NCBI GenBank assembly: GCA_965198235.1
Contig: OZ240248.1
Span: forward strand, 2,560,001-2,624,000
Source: Candidatus Poribacteria bacterium
GTDB taxonomy: Bacteria; Poribacteria; WGA-4E; WGA-3G
Direction of reading: 5' to 3'
DNA: 64,000 nucleotides
Part shown: positions 28,232 through 38,144 of the stretch, in pieces
Layout of the letters: every line of letters starts with the position of its first letter
How positions within the stretch are numbered: position 1 is the first letter of the stretch
Notes under the pieces: model-generated
What the model saw: only the letters and a program-made list of their open reading frames with translations
The model's database searches: none
Told to the model about the DNA's origin: nothing
Program-made: the position numbers and the translations under genes

Positions 28232-30967
28232 ATGAGAAAACGAAATTCCACCGCAAAAAGCACAACGCGTAAACGGGGTAAATCCGCGAAGCCGGAAGAG
28301 AAACCTCAATTGACGGACCGCGAAAGAGAAAACGCCGTTCTGGAAATTTGGGGGAACGCTAATGTATACCCACTCGCGAACAAAAAATCTGGCACCCTGG
28401 AGCGCAACACAGTCAAGGCGAACGCTACGCGGTCCCGCCACTCCTCCCAGACGGAAACCTATGTCCTTCGCGAGATGCCCACCTCAGTCGATGCATTCAC
28501 TCTTAACACACTTTGTAGAAAAGTTTGTCAGGACATCTTCCTTAAAGCAGAGTTAATGCAAGGGCATCATGTCACATACATACCCGCGTGGGAAACCTAC
28601 CCCCTTTGGATTGAGGAATACGTTATTGAGGCTGCAAAGTCTAAAACGCCAATCAAGTTATCTGTCCTCCGGAAGCGATGTCGCGCACGACATAAACAGG
28701 AATTAGAAGTCCAAAAACAGAAATTTCATCAACTCGGTATCTTCGCGGATTGGGATACTTCACAGAAAACCCTCGAATCGCGACAGGAAGCAAGGCTTAT
28801 TGCGCTTATTAGTCGACTCCGTGATTCTGACTATCTGCATGACTTGCCGCAGCTGAGTCCATGGTGCCCCAACTGCACTGTCCCGATAAATGAAACGAAC
28901 CTCGTACAAATACCGACACACACCTTGAATGGCTACGTAAAGTTTCCTTTCAATGTCGGGTTAGAGGAATTTGGCATTAATGTTTTCTTCTGTCTCCAAA
29001 TGCCGCACCTTTGGGAAATAGCAGGAATCGTTGAACTCGGAATTACTGACAATACTACCTATTGGCTCACCCAATGGCAAGACGAATACCTACTTTTTGC
29101 GGAACCGCAGCTCAAACACTTTACGAAACACCTTCCAAAAAGGCAACCTAAACCGAAACCCGTCAAAGAAATCAAAGCCTCTGAGCTTGTGCAATGCGCT
29201 GTGGCGCATCCACTATTTCCGTCAAAAGACTTAAAGATTACGCTAATTCCTGAAGCCGTGGCAACAGAGGCTGTCCGCGACAAATCAATATCTTCCTTAG
29301 AATCCGGTGTTATGCCCTTAAATCCTGCACATCATCAGTCCAGTTACGACATCGCTCAAGCGTTAAACATGAATACTATGCCTGTTTTTGATGAAACCGG
29401 AAGGTTCACCGAGGAAGCTGGGCAATTGTGTGGTTTGTATCTGTTTGATGCTGAGAAATTTATTGTTCCACAATTGGAAAAATGTGGCTATCTCCTCAAA
29501 ACACAAAAAGGCGAGATGCATGAGCCCCACTGTCCACGCTGTAGAGAATTGGCTGTGTTTCGTCCCTGTTCAAAATGGGTGTTCTCTATTTCCGAAAACC
29601 ATGCCACTACTCAGTTACTCAACGCCCAAGAATATTGGGATAATTACGGCGACACGAATCATAAAGATATTCGCGATGTACAAAACGCTGTCCTCAATTT
29701 CGGAGATTTGCAGGTTTCAGCACAGCGCCAATGGGGGATGCCGCTTCCAATCCTCCTTTGCGACCATTGCGATGAGCCTCTTACTGATAAAAATACTCTC
29801 AATGCAATCCGGAATTCTATACAACGAGGGTTTGAATTCTGGTTCCGATTGAGCGTTGAGGAACTTTTACCTGTCGATACACGGTGTCTAAACTGTAATT
29901 CAAGTGACTTCCGCAAGGAAGCTACGCTCATTGATAGCCATTTCGCCAATTTACTTCAAATTATTGACAATTCTGACTTCAAGAAACCGCTCGGTGGGCA
30001 TACCAGTGTTATGTTTGTACCCCAAACTGACACAGCCGATTCAAAATGGACAAAATGGTTAGCCGAGATCAGTGTTATCTCCGCCTCACTTAGCAGAAGT
30101 CGTCCAATTAAAGAAAGCCAACCTTTTAAGCAACTAAAGCTTAACACAATGCCGAAAGTTGGTGGGGAAATACAAGTCGAAGACACATTTCTCAACAAAT
30201 ATCCAGCTGACGTGGCACGCCTGGTTGCAATAACTCCTAATGTCGGAACAGAGCAGGTTAACCGCAGGCAGCTTAACAAACTCGCAGAGGACTACCTTGT
30301 TCAATATCAGCAATTGCAGGGACTATTAGAGAGTATCAGTAATTGCCTCTACCATTTTGGGCAGGATTCTCAAAGTAGAAACAAAACAGAATCGAAAGAT
30401 GTATCTCTGGAGGAACGTCCCAACGAAAGACATAGCGGCAAACGGGGGGCTGAGACGGGTATCACTAATACACAGACACTTACTCATCTGAAGGCGCAGC
30501 GGATAGAAGGCGCAAGTGCCGCTACTACTGATAAAATTATGCCGATTGATTCGTTGGCGATAATTGTTACCTCTCAACTGTTACAGGATGTACAGCGGGC
30601 TTACCAAGATGGGAATTTCCATGAAATGTGGACCCTGTTAACCGATTTCTGTGTAGATGATCTTCGTTTTTATCTCCGCGCCATGGAATCGCGTCCTGCT
30701 ACAACCCTACATGTGGCGCAAACCACCTTGTCACAAATCGCGACTGCGCTCCTGCAACAGTTGGCACCCTTGACTCCTTTTTTGGCGGAACATTTCTATC
30801 ATCTCATTTCTGCAGAGGGTATAACTGGTAACCGTAGCATTTTTCAGAATAATTGGCACCGACTCTCACCTATTATCGGGCAAACTTTGCATGTTTCCGA
30901 TATAGAGACGAATGATGCAAAAGCGGAGTGGGAGGTGCTTAAGAATGCCGACAATGCAGGATCCTAA
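28232..30967 (+). CDS. Degenerate isoleucyl-tRNA synthetase homologue (predicted catalytically inactive)
   Basis: Collinear IleRS landmarks (LGIFADW, VAHPLF, PVFDETGRFT, SAQRQWGMPLP, PADVARL, LAPLTPFLAE) and the ileS-lspA position, but no HIGH or KMSKS. Confidence 0.85.
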   Translation: MRKRNSTAKSTTRKRGKSAKPEEKPQLTDRERENAVLEIWGNANVYPLANKKSGTLERNTVKANATRSRHSSQTETYVLREMPTSVDAFTLNTLCRKVCQDIFLKAELMQGHHVTYIPAWETYPLWIEEYVIEAAKSKTPIKLSVLRKRCRARHKQELEVQKQKFHQLGIFADWDTSQKTLESRQEARLIALISRLRDSDYLHDLPQLSPWCPNCTVPINETNLVQIPTHTLNGYVKFPFNVGLEEFGINVFFCLQMPHLWEIAGIVELGITDNTTYWLTQWQDEYLLFAEPQLKHFTKHLPKRQPKPKPVKEIKASELVQCAVAHPLFPSKDLKITLIPEAVATEAVRDKSISSLESGVMPLNPAHHQSSYDIAQALNMNTMPVFDETGRFTEEAGQLCGLYLFDAEKFIVPQLEKCGYLLKTQKGEMHEPHCPRCRELAVFRPCSKWVFSISENHATTQLLNAQEYWDNYGDTNHKDIRDVQNAVLNFGDLQVSAQRQWGMPLPILLCDHCDEPLTDKNTLNAIRNSIQRGFEFWFRLSVEELLPVDTRCLNCNSSDFRKEATLIDSHFANLLQIIDNSDFKKPLGGHTSVMFVPQTDTADSKWTKWLAEISVISASLSRSRPIKESQPFKQLKLNTMPKVGGEIQVEDTFLNKYPADVARLVAITPNVGTEQVNRRQLNKLAEDYLVQYQQLQGLLESISNCLYHFGQDSQSRNKTESKDVSLEERPNERHSGKRGAETGITNTQTLTHLKAQRIEGASAATTDKIMPIDSLAIIVTSQLLQDVQRAYQDGNFHEMWTLLTDFCVDDLRFYLRAMESRPATTLHVAQTTLSQIATALLQQLAPLTPFLAEHFYHLISAEGITGNRSIFQNNWHRLSPIIGQTLHVSDIETNDAKAEWEVLKNADNAGS

Positions 30968-31457
30968 AAAAAATATGTGGCAGACGCTTCTACCCTTAAT
31001 CGGCGTGGCGATTCCAGTGTTGATAGTAGATTGGGGGAGTAAATGGCTGGTGCAGAACCATATCGCTCAGGTTACAGAGGTAATTCCGATTATTCCCGGT
31101 TTTTTTAACCTTCGGCACGATAGGAATACAGGAGCGGCTTTTGGCGTACTTGCTGGACACAGGGTCTTACTTATTCTCATTACTATTATTGCTTTAGCCT
31201 TCATTTTCGCCTATTATCTTCGATTCAGAGAGAGCCGTTGGATGCAAGTCGCTCTCGGTTTTCTACTCGGTGGTGCTGTTGGAAACTTCATTGATCGGCT
31301 CTATTTGGGTGAGGTCGTCGATTTCCTTCAATTCGGCATAGCTGACAAAGGACTCTTTTGGCCGACCTTTAACATTGCGGATATTTCTGTCTGTGTTGGG
31401 GCGGGGATGTTAATTGTTTACCTTTTTCAAAATCGCGATCAAAACCAGGAAACTTAA
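30945..31457 (+). CDS. lspA: Lipoprotein signal peptidase II
   Basis: NTGAAFG, GGAVGNFIDR, VVDF, WPTFNIAD; GGAGG RBS inside the upstream ORF. Confidence 0.96.
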   Translation: MPTMQDPKKNMWQTLLPLIGVAIPVLIVDWGSKWLVQNHIAQVTEVIPIIPGFFNLRHDRNTGAAFGVLAGHRVLLILITIIALAFIFAYYLRFRESRWMQVALGFLLGGAVGNFIDRLYLGEVVDFLQFGIADKGLFWPTFNIADISVCVGAGMLIVYLFQNRDQNQET

Positions 31458-31576
31458 CTTCTACCCACTTTTTGTAGGTATTCTTGGCAAGTACACCAGT
31501 CGATGGCGTATCTGTAATTATTGGTTTCACTGTAAATATAAAGATATAAAGCAACTTTTGTCCCGGAAGGTAATCC

Positions 31577-32143
31577 ATGTGTAAATTGGGTGTTCGATTA
31601 TTCTTGCTTAATCTAATCTTTCTTTTCTTAGTAATCCCACATGCAAAAGCGCAATTTCAGACCGAATCTCCCACGACGGAGACGGAACAAACGGAACCAG
31701 TGGGATATAGCGAAAGTGCTTTGCGACGGTTTGAGATCGTTACGTTGAGTTCCATACCGTTTACCGCTATTCACAGTTACGGAATAATGCGCATAGTAAA
31801 AATGTTGAGTGAAAATAAATTCGCGCCTGAATTGTCCCCGTGGGACTATCGCATAATTGGCATCGGTGCTGTTTCATTGTCTGTGTTTATTGGGGTATGG
31901 GATTGGTTGCATACTCGTAATGTTGACCGGTCAGCACCGCGTGTGCCTGAACCAGAAACGCCTCTACCGCCTGAAGGTGAGGAACCCGTGGAGGGGACTC
32001 TTACACGGCTGTCCGAAACCAGTCCGTATATAGCGAGATATAGAAATAGATCGCTACAGGATTCAATGGATAAAGGGCTGAATAGGTGGGCAAATGAGCA
32101 GTCTGTCGGTTTCGCTCTGCCGCTCATTCAAATTCGCTTCTAA
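31577..32143 (+). CDS. Exported/membrane hypothetical protein
   Basis: Signal peptide, RRFEIVTLSSIPF segment, second TM segment. Confidence 0.7.
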   Translation: MCKLGVRLFLLNLIFLFLVIPHAKAQFQTESPTTETEQTEPVGYSESALRRFEIVTLSSIPFTAIHSYGIMRIVKMLSENKFAPELSPWDYRIIGIGAVSLSVFIGVWDWLHTRNVDRSAPRVPEPETPLPPEGEEPVEGTLTRLSETSPYIARYRNRSLQDSMDKGLNRWANEQSVGFALPLIQIRF

Positions 32144-32268
32144 CTATGGCCTCTTGAACTGCTCTCCATTACATTGCGAGCAGGTTTTTGGTGGGTCCAC
32201 AACTACCATAAGATGTAGGGTATAACATCAAAACCGTTAGCACGTGATGTAGCCAAAATACAGAACCT

Positions 32269-32356
32269 GTAGCCTGCAACAACGGCGCAGGCGGATTTGA
32301 GAAAGGCACGCTAAAGATAGAACCCACGTCGTTTAACCGCAAGGAATAATTAAAAA
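32269..32356 (+). repeat. Start-codon-adjacent element, copy B
   Basis: GTAGCCTGCAACAACGGCGCAGGC...GAAAGGCACG...TTTAACCGCAAGGAATAATTAAAAA, then the fmt GTG. Confidence 0.75.
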
Positions 32357-33295
32357 GTGCGTATTGTGTTTATGGGGACCAGTGAGTTTGCCGTGCCAGC
32401 ACTCAAAGGACTCATCTCCCACAAATTTGAACTCATCGGTGTCGTCACACAACCCGACCGACCGAGCGGACGCGGGAAACGGCTCAGTCCACCACCTGTC
32501 AAAGCAGTTGCTACAGAACATGATATACCGGTTTATCAACCTGAGAAGGTGAGAAAGCCGGATTTTGTGCGGACCCTTAAACGTCTCGCACCGAATGTGA
32601 TTGTTGTTGCTGCCTTTGGCCAGATTCTGCCCCAGGCTGTTTTGGATATCCCTCCCTGTGGCACTATCAATTTGCATCCCTCTCTTCTTCCAAAGTACCG
32701 CGGTGCCGCTCCAATTCAGTGGGCACTAATTAATGGCGAAACCGAGACAGGTGTAACGCTTATGTTACTGGATGCAGGTGAGGATACAGGCGATATTGTC
32801 TCTGCAGACCGAGTCCCGATCCGAGATGAGGATACTGCTTTCACATTGACGGAACAGTTGGCACAACTCGGTGCCAACCAACTTGTCCGATGTTTGTCCA
32901 ATATGCCGAATGGGGAACCGCCATCGGCAGTTCCACAGAACGACGCAGAAGCAACTCACGCACCGCGGCTGACGAAGGAAATCGGACAAGTTGATTGGAA
33001 TCAACCGGCGACCACAATTCACAATTTAGTCAGAGGTACAGCAATCTGGCCCGGTGCTTATACTTTCTTCCGGGAGAAACTTCGGCTGAAAATTGTCCGT
33101 TGTCAACCACTTCCACAGAAACTCGCTGGACAACCGGGAACCCTTGAAATAGCCGGAAGACAAAAACTGCTCGTTGCCACGGCGGAAGGAACGCTCCAAT
33201 TGTTGGAAATCCAACCCGCAACCAAAAAATCTATGGAAGCACACGATTTTATTAACGGTTATCAATTGCAAACAGGCGAGTTTTTTAATTATTAG
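32357..33295 (+). CDS. fmt: Methionyl-tRNA formyltransferase
   Basis: RIVFMGTSEFA, VVTQPDRP, INLHPSLLPKYRGAAPIQ. Confidence 0.97.
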   Translation: MRIVFMGTSEFAVPALKGLISHKFELIGVVTQPDRPSGRGKRLSPPPVKAVATEHDIPVYQPEKVRKPDFVRTLKRLAPNVIVVAAFGQILPQAVLDIPPCGTINLHPSLLPKYRGAAPIQWALINGETETGVTLMLLDAGEDTGDIVSADRVPIRDEDTAFTLTEQLAQLGANQLVRCLSNMPNGEPPSAVPQNDAEATHAPRLTKEIGQVDWNQPATTIHNLVRGTAIWPGAYTFFREKLRLKIVRCQPLPQKLAGQPGTLEIAGRQKLLVATAEGTLQLLEIQPATKKSMEAHDFINGYQLQTGEFFNY

Positions 33296-33334
33296 ATTTT
33301 CGCGCTGCCCTCCACTCCTACTTGAAATCTGGAC

Positions 33335-33424
33335 GCAAGCCTGCAACAACGGCGCAGGCGACTCTTGAGCAGAACACGTCAAAGTTCAAACTCACATTGT
33401 TTAACCGCAAGGTAAAATTAAAAT
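33335..33424 (+). repeat. Start-codon-adjacent element, copy C
   Basis: AGCCTGCAACAACGGCGCAGGCG is identical to copy B; ends TTTAACCGCAAGGTAAAATTAAAAT, then ATG. Confidence 0.75.
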
Positions 33425-34402
33425 ATGAATAGTCTGAATAATACCCTATTTGCGTCATTCAAGGTTTTCCTCTATCTCTTGATTTTCCTCGGTATAATCG
33501 GAGCGTTAGCCATTTTCGTGGTTATTCCGAGTTGGGTCAGAACTGAGGAGGTGCTTGTTCCCAACATTACCGGCGAAAGTTACTATGAAGCCGTGCGGAT
33601 TCTTGGTGATGCAGGGTTGCAGCCCGCAAAAACCATTCAAGAGGCGAGTAGCGATGCTCCGAAGGGTGAAATCGTCTCACAAAATCCAGAGGCGAACTTT
33701 AGAATAAAATCATATCAACCCGTTGAAATCACAGTTAGCATAGGAGCTGAGTTAGTCCCTGTTCCCTCCGTCATTGGAAAATCGCGAGATGCCGCTTTTG
33801 AATCGCTTGCGACTGCTGGTTTTCGTCCGAATCGAGTTGCCTTCGTCCACTCCGAAGATTATCTACAGGATACTGTCATCGCACAAACACCTCCAGAAGG
33901 GGGTGGTCAACGTCGCAGCAGCCCTGTAAATCTTTTAGTGAGTCGCGGACCTAGACCACAAGTGGTACAACTTCCGAATTTCCAGAGTCAGCTTGCTGCC
34001 GATGTCGTTGCTGTACTGGAAGCAGTGGGACTAAAGGTTGAGACTGAATATAGTTCACACCCCAAAATCCCTCAAGGTGCAATTATCACTCACGAACCTG
34101 TAGGCGGCGTGATGGTGAAAACCGGAGACCGTATCCTACTCGAAATCAGTGGTGTGCAGGGTACGACTGAAAACATCAGTAGACCCTTACCCTTCAAATA
34201 TACGGTTAGTGAAGAAGGAAAACTTTCACGTCGCGTCAAAATTGTTATAATTGATGACTATAGTGAACGCATTGAAGTGGATCAACGCTATGCCCCGGGT
34301 ACAGTGATTGATTTGGAGCAGAAGGGGGTCCGCGTCTTTGGCAAAGCACGAGTGATCGTCTACGAAAATGGTGAAAAATTACCTGAAGTGGTTTATAGAT
34401 AG
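33425..34402 (+). CDS. PASTA domain membrane protein (three PASTA repeats)
   Basis: N-terminal TM; VPNITG, VPSVIG, LPNF repeats with Q.P motifs. Confidence 0.9.
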   Translation: MNSLNNTLFASFKVFLYLLIFLGIIGALAIFVVIPSWVRTEEVLVPNITGESYYEAVRILGDAGLQPAKTIQEASSDAPKGEIVSQNPEANFRIKSYQPVEITVSIGAELVPVPSVIGKSRDAAFESLATAGFRPNRVAFVHSEDYLQDTVIAQTPPEGGGQRRSSPVNLLVSRGPRPQVVQLPNFQSQLAADVVAVLEAVGLKVETEYSSHPKIPQGAIITHEPVGGVMVKTGDRILLEISGVQGTTENISRPLPFKYTVSEEGKLSRRVKIVIIDDYSERIEVDQRYAPGTVIDLEQKGVRVFGKARVIVYENGEKLPEVVYR

Positions 34403-34425
34403 GACTCAACTAAAGGAGATTACAA

Positions 34426-35091
34426 ATTCCTATTCCTAAAATTGCGCCTTCATTGCTCGCTGCCGATTTCAGTCGTCTTGGTAAAGAAGTTAAACGGATC
34501 GTCGCGGCTGGGGCAGACCTACTTCACTTTGATGTGATGGATGGCGAGTTTGTGTCAAATTTCGCTATTAGTCCACCCTTTATCGCTGCTGTTCGCGAGA
34601 TCACCGATGTCCCTTTTGATGTCCACATTATGGTGATGCACCCGCTTCGTTATATCGACGCGCTCGCAGCAGCAGGAGCAGATCTGATTACCTTTCACAT
34701 CGAAAGTGCTGATAAACCGAACGAAGTAATTTCAGCGATCAAAGCACACGGGCTTAAACCGGGTTTAGCACTTTGTCCGAAGACACCTGTCTCGGCGGTT
34801 ACACCTTACCTTTCAGACATTGACTTAGTCCTGCCAATGAGTGTTGAACCTGGATTCGGAGGTCAACCCTTTCAACGAAATACACTCGAAAAAATAGCAA
34901 CATTACATCAAATAGTTCAGGAAATGACAGAGCCTCTTGACATCTCCGTTGATGGTGGTGTAACTACAGAAATCGCGCCCCTCACAATTCATCGAGGTGC
35001 GACGATTCTCGTCGCAGGGACCGCTATCTTCCGCAGTCAGCAACCAGAGATGATTATTCAAAAATTGCGCACCGCTGCCACCTATTTTTAA
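34426..35091 (+). CDS. rpe: Ribulose-phosphate 3-epimerase, probable ATT start
   Basis: KIAPSLLAADF, HFDVMDG, DVHIM, MSVEPGFGGQ, VDGGV. AAGGAG lies 7 nt before ATT 34426. Confidence 0.93.
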   Translation: MPIPKIAPSLLAADFSRLGKEVKRIVAAGADLLHFDVMDGEFVSNFAISPPFIAAVREITDVPFDVHIMVMHPLRYIDALAAAGADLITFHIESADKPNEVISAIKAHGLKPGLALCPKTPVSAVTPYLSDIDLVLPMSVEPGFGGQPFQRNTLEKIATLHQIVQEMTEPLDISVDGGVTTEIAPLTIHRGATILVAGTAIFRSQQPEMIIQKLRTAATYF

Positions 35092-35181
35092 TTTCGCTTG
35101 CGTTCTTCTGGTTAGAAGATGATCTTTCTGACCGTGTTCGCAGTCAGCGGTGTTGACTGCTGCAAATGTTGGCCAAAGATC

Positions 35182-35274
35182 GTAAGCCCAAACAACGTTT
35201 GGGCTGGATATACGGAGAGGGACGTGAAATTCCCAATCTACCTCACCGAACCGCAAGGAACATTAGAAAAATAG
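35182..35274 (+). repeat. Start-codon-adjacent element, copy D
   Basis: GTAAGCCCAAACAACGTTTGGGC...TACGGAGAGGGAC...CTACC...GAACCGCAAGGAACATTAGAAAAATAG, then the rsmE ATG. Confidence 0.7.
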
Positions 35275-36012
35275 ATGCACACTTTCTATGTTTCCCCTTC
35301 TCAGATCTCCAATAATATTGTTACGATTACGGGTTCGGAGCATCATCATCTTCGCAATGTCCTACGGACAAAACCGGGTGAGACTGTCCGAATTATTGAT
35401 GGGAAAGGGAATGCGTATACCGCACAAATTCTTGAAACACACGATGCTTGGCTTTCAAGCGAAGCAAGGATCCTCAGCCATGAATTTCACGCAGTTGTTT
35501 TGCCGAGCCTCACACTCTTTCAAGGACTCCCCAAAAACGATAAGATGGAGTTAATTCTCCAAAAAACGACAGAACTCGGTGTTACACAGATTGTACCACT
35601 GCATTCAGAATACGCCTTGCAGAAACCGAGTCAAAACCGATATGAGCGTTGGCACCGTGTTCTTATCTCTGCTACGAAGCAGTCCGAACGTCTTTATTTG
35701 CCTGAATTATGCAACGCACAAGGGTTTGATGCCTCCTTGGCACAACTCCATAAGTTTTCGCTCTGCCTGCTCCTCAGTCCGCGTCGTGATCAGGAATCGC
35801 ATATTCAGCATATCCAGACGGTTTTGCGAAAGGTGCCGCGTCCGGCTTCTATCGCGCTCTTTGTCGGACCAGAAGGCGGATTTTCCGATCAAGAGGTCAC
35901 CAGTGCTATTGAAAGCGGATGTACACTTGTGACGCTTGGGAGGAACATCCTCCGCACGGAAACTGCCGCAATTGTAGCTGTCGCCGTCGCCGCTTATGAA
36001 TACCAACTGTAA
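35275..36012 (+). CDS. rsmE: 16S rRNA m3U1498 methyltransferase
   Basis: HHLRNVLR, QKTTELGV, VGPEGGFS, LGRNILRTETA. Confidence 0.96.
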   Translation: MHTFYVSPSQISNNIVTITGSEHHHLRNVLRTKPGETVRIIDGKGNAYTAQILETHDAWLSSEARILSHEFHAVVLPSLTLFQGLPKNDKMELILQKTTELGVTQIVPLHSEYALQKPSQNRYERWHRVLISATKQSERLYLPELCNAQGFDASLAQLHKFSLCLLLSPRRDQESHIQHIQTVLRKVPRPASIALFVGPEGGFSDQEVTSAIESGCTLVTLGRNILRTETAAIVAVAVAAYEYQL

Positions 36013-36090
36013 GGGTGATCTCTAAATTGCGACGCTCTGCTCTAAAAAAATCATTGACAAACTTCACTGCTTTTTGTAAAATTGCTGATT

Positions 36091-37215
36091 ATGGATGCAA
36101 AAGAATTGACCAGAACCCTCATTGGGTATAATACAGTAAGCCCTCTCAGCAATGTTGAGGTCATGGATTTTCTCACCGAAGTGCTGGAATCCATTGATTG
36201 TGAAGTCGAACGGGTTGAATATAAAGACCCAGCAGGTGTACTGAAGGTGAATCTAATTGGTCGTAAAGGACCGATGAACGGTGAGCGCGGACTTGCGCTG
36301 CTTGGACACATAGATACTGTGCCTGCTATCGGTTGGGCGATGGATCCGTTTGAGGCACGGATCGCCGATGAGAAGATGTACGGCAGGGGCAGTTGTGATA
36401 TGAAGGGCAGTGTTGCGTGTATGGTTGAGGTCGCGTCACACTATGCGGCATCGGATTTGAAGGCACCGCTCTATGTCGTCATCACGGCTGATGAAGAGGT
36501 GGGTTACCTCGGGGCAACAGCCGTTGCCGAAAAGTCGCAGATGTTCAAAAAGCACGGCTTTCCGAAGTGTGGGGTCGTCGGTGAACCGACAGAACTCCAT
36601 GCGGTATATGCCCACAAAGGGACTGTCCGATTTACTGCCACAGCCCACGGGCGTGCAGCGCACAGCAGTACAGGTGAAGGTGACAACGCGAATCTAAAGT
36701 TAATTCCCTTTCTCGCAGAAATGCGGGATATTTATCACGAATTGACAACCAATACTCGGTATTTCAACGATGAATTCACACCAGCTTTTACGGATTGGAA
36801 TATCACTATCAGTGATGGCGAGTGTCCAGGGAATATTACTTCGCCGTTAAGCGTGTGTTGTATCAACTACCGCCCAATGCCGGGGGATGATTCGCAAGAG
36901 TGGATAGACCGCGCGCGGGACTCGGCTGAAAAGCACGGGTTAATATTCGATTTGTATATTGATGCGCCTCCAGTACACACACCGCCCGATGCGGAGATTA
37001 TCCAAGCCGCACTTGAAATAACCGGCGAGACCGTACCTCAAACCGTCGCCTATGGCACCGATGCTGCCGTCTTCGCACAGCACATGGAGACCGTCATTAT
37101 CGGACCCGGCAGTATTCTACAGGCGCATACCGTGGATGAGTGGATGGCGTTGGACCAGTTCCCACAAGGAGTTTCAATCTTTAGTCAATTTGTGAAGCGG
37201 TTTTGTGTGGCTTAG
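36091..37215 (+). CDS. M20 family metallopeptidase (ArgE/DapE-like)
   Basis: GHIDTVP, GRGSCDMKG, DEEVG, GEPT, AHTVDE. Confidence 0.92.
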   Translation: MDAKELTRTLIGYNTVSPLSNVEVMDFLTEVLESIDCEVERVEYKDPAGVLKVNLIGRKGPMNGERGLALLGHIDTVPAIGWAMDPFEARIADEKMYGRGSCDMKGSVACMVEVASHYAASDLKAPLYVVITADEEVGYLGATAVAEKSQMFKKHGFPKCGVVGEPTELHAVYAHKGTVRFTATAHGRAAHSSTGEGDNANLKLIPFLAEMRDIYHELTTNTRYFNDEFTPAFTDWNITISDGECPGNITSPLSVCCINYRPMPGDDSQEWIDRARDSAEKHGLIFDLYIDAPPVHTPPDAEIIQAALEITGETVPQTVAYGTDAAVFAQHMETVIIGPGSILQAHTVDEWMALDQFPQGVSIFSQFVKRFCVA

Positions 37216-37642
37216 GAGCGTCGAAAAAAACAGCATCCGGTTTCACCCATTCCGTTTCACCATCTGCCCAGACTTCACGCTTCCAGATAGGTACAGTCTG
37301 TTTGAGACGATCCATCGCGTATTGACACGCTTCAAATCCGTCTTTGCGATGCGGGGACGCGACTGCAACTGCTACGCTTACCTCACCGATCTCCAATTTT
37401 CCGACACGGTGAGCCATTGAGACGCGATCGATACCCCACTTGTCTGAAATTTCTTGCGCGATTTCTGCCATTTTTTTCTCTGCCATCGGTGGGTACGCTT
37501 CATATTCAAGACATTTTACGGGTCTGCCGTCAGTGTTATTCCGAACCGTCCCAAAAAACAGCACTACTGCTCCGGCATCTGGTCCTTCTACTGCTTCGCG
37601 GACTTCTTCACCTGTGATAACTTCTGTAGTTATCTTAAACAT
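37181..37642 (-). CDS. moaE: Molybdopterin synthase catalytic subunit
   Basis: GAVVLFFGTVR, LEYEAY, HRVG, PIWKRE. Confidence 0.96.
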   Translation of the reverse strand: MFKITTEVITGEEVREAVEGPDAGAVVLFFGTVRNNTDGRPVKCLEYEAYPPMAEKKMAEIAQEISDKWGIDRVSMAHRVGKLEIGEVSVAVAVASPHRKDGFEACQYAMDRLKQTVPIWKREVWADGETEWVKPDAVFFDAPKPHKTASQID

Positions 37643-37889
37643 TGCAGCCTCCCGTCACAGGTGGAATTAGGGCGACCTCGTCTCCCTCTGCAAGTTCAGT
37701 ATTTTCCGTAGCGTATTCCCAGTTGACGGACATTTGCATCACTTCATAGAACTCGGCAATCTCGGGCCATTCTTCCTCAAGACGTTCTAATATCGTTTTT
37801 AGGGTAGCACCGTCCGGTAGTTCCATCTCTTCTTCAGATCTATCTAACATTTCATGGCATACGGCGAAGTATTTGACTGTGACGTTCAT
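37635..37889 (-). CDS. moaD: Molybdopterin synthase sulfur carrier subunit
   Basis: VKYFA...GDEVALIPPVTGG, followed by three extra residues CNV. Confidence 0.93.
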   Translation of the reverse strand: MNVTVKYFAVCHEMLDRSEEEMELPDGATLKTILERLEEEWPEIAEFYEVMQMSVNWEYATENTELAEGDEVALIPPVTGGCNV

Positions 37890-38144
37890 AAAAATTCCTT
37901 TTCGACAGAGTTTTGGAGATTAACAACATATCGCTCACACTGAAAAGTGTAGCACAAAATCGGTTGTGAAGCAACCCCTTATTGTGAACTCGAATGAAAA
38001 ACGCTTAGGTTTTTAACCGAAAATAAAATCAATATTCCTGCAAGAATCAAAATTGTATTGATTTTTATCGTGAGATAAGGTAGAATAGAATAAAGTGTGT
38101 AAACGCGATTTACCTATCACCTTCAACAGAGGAGAGAAGGCAGT

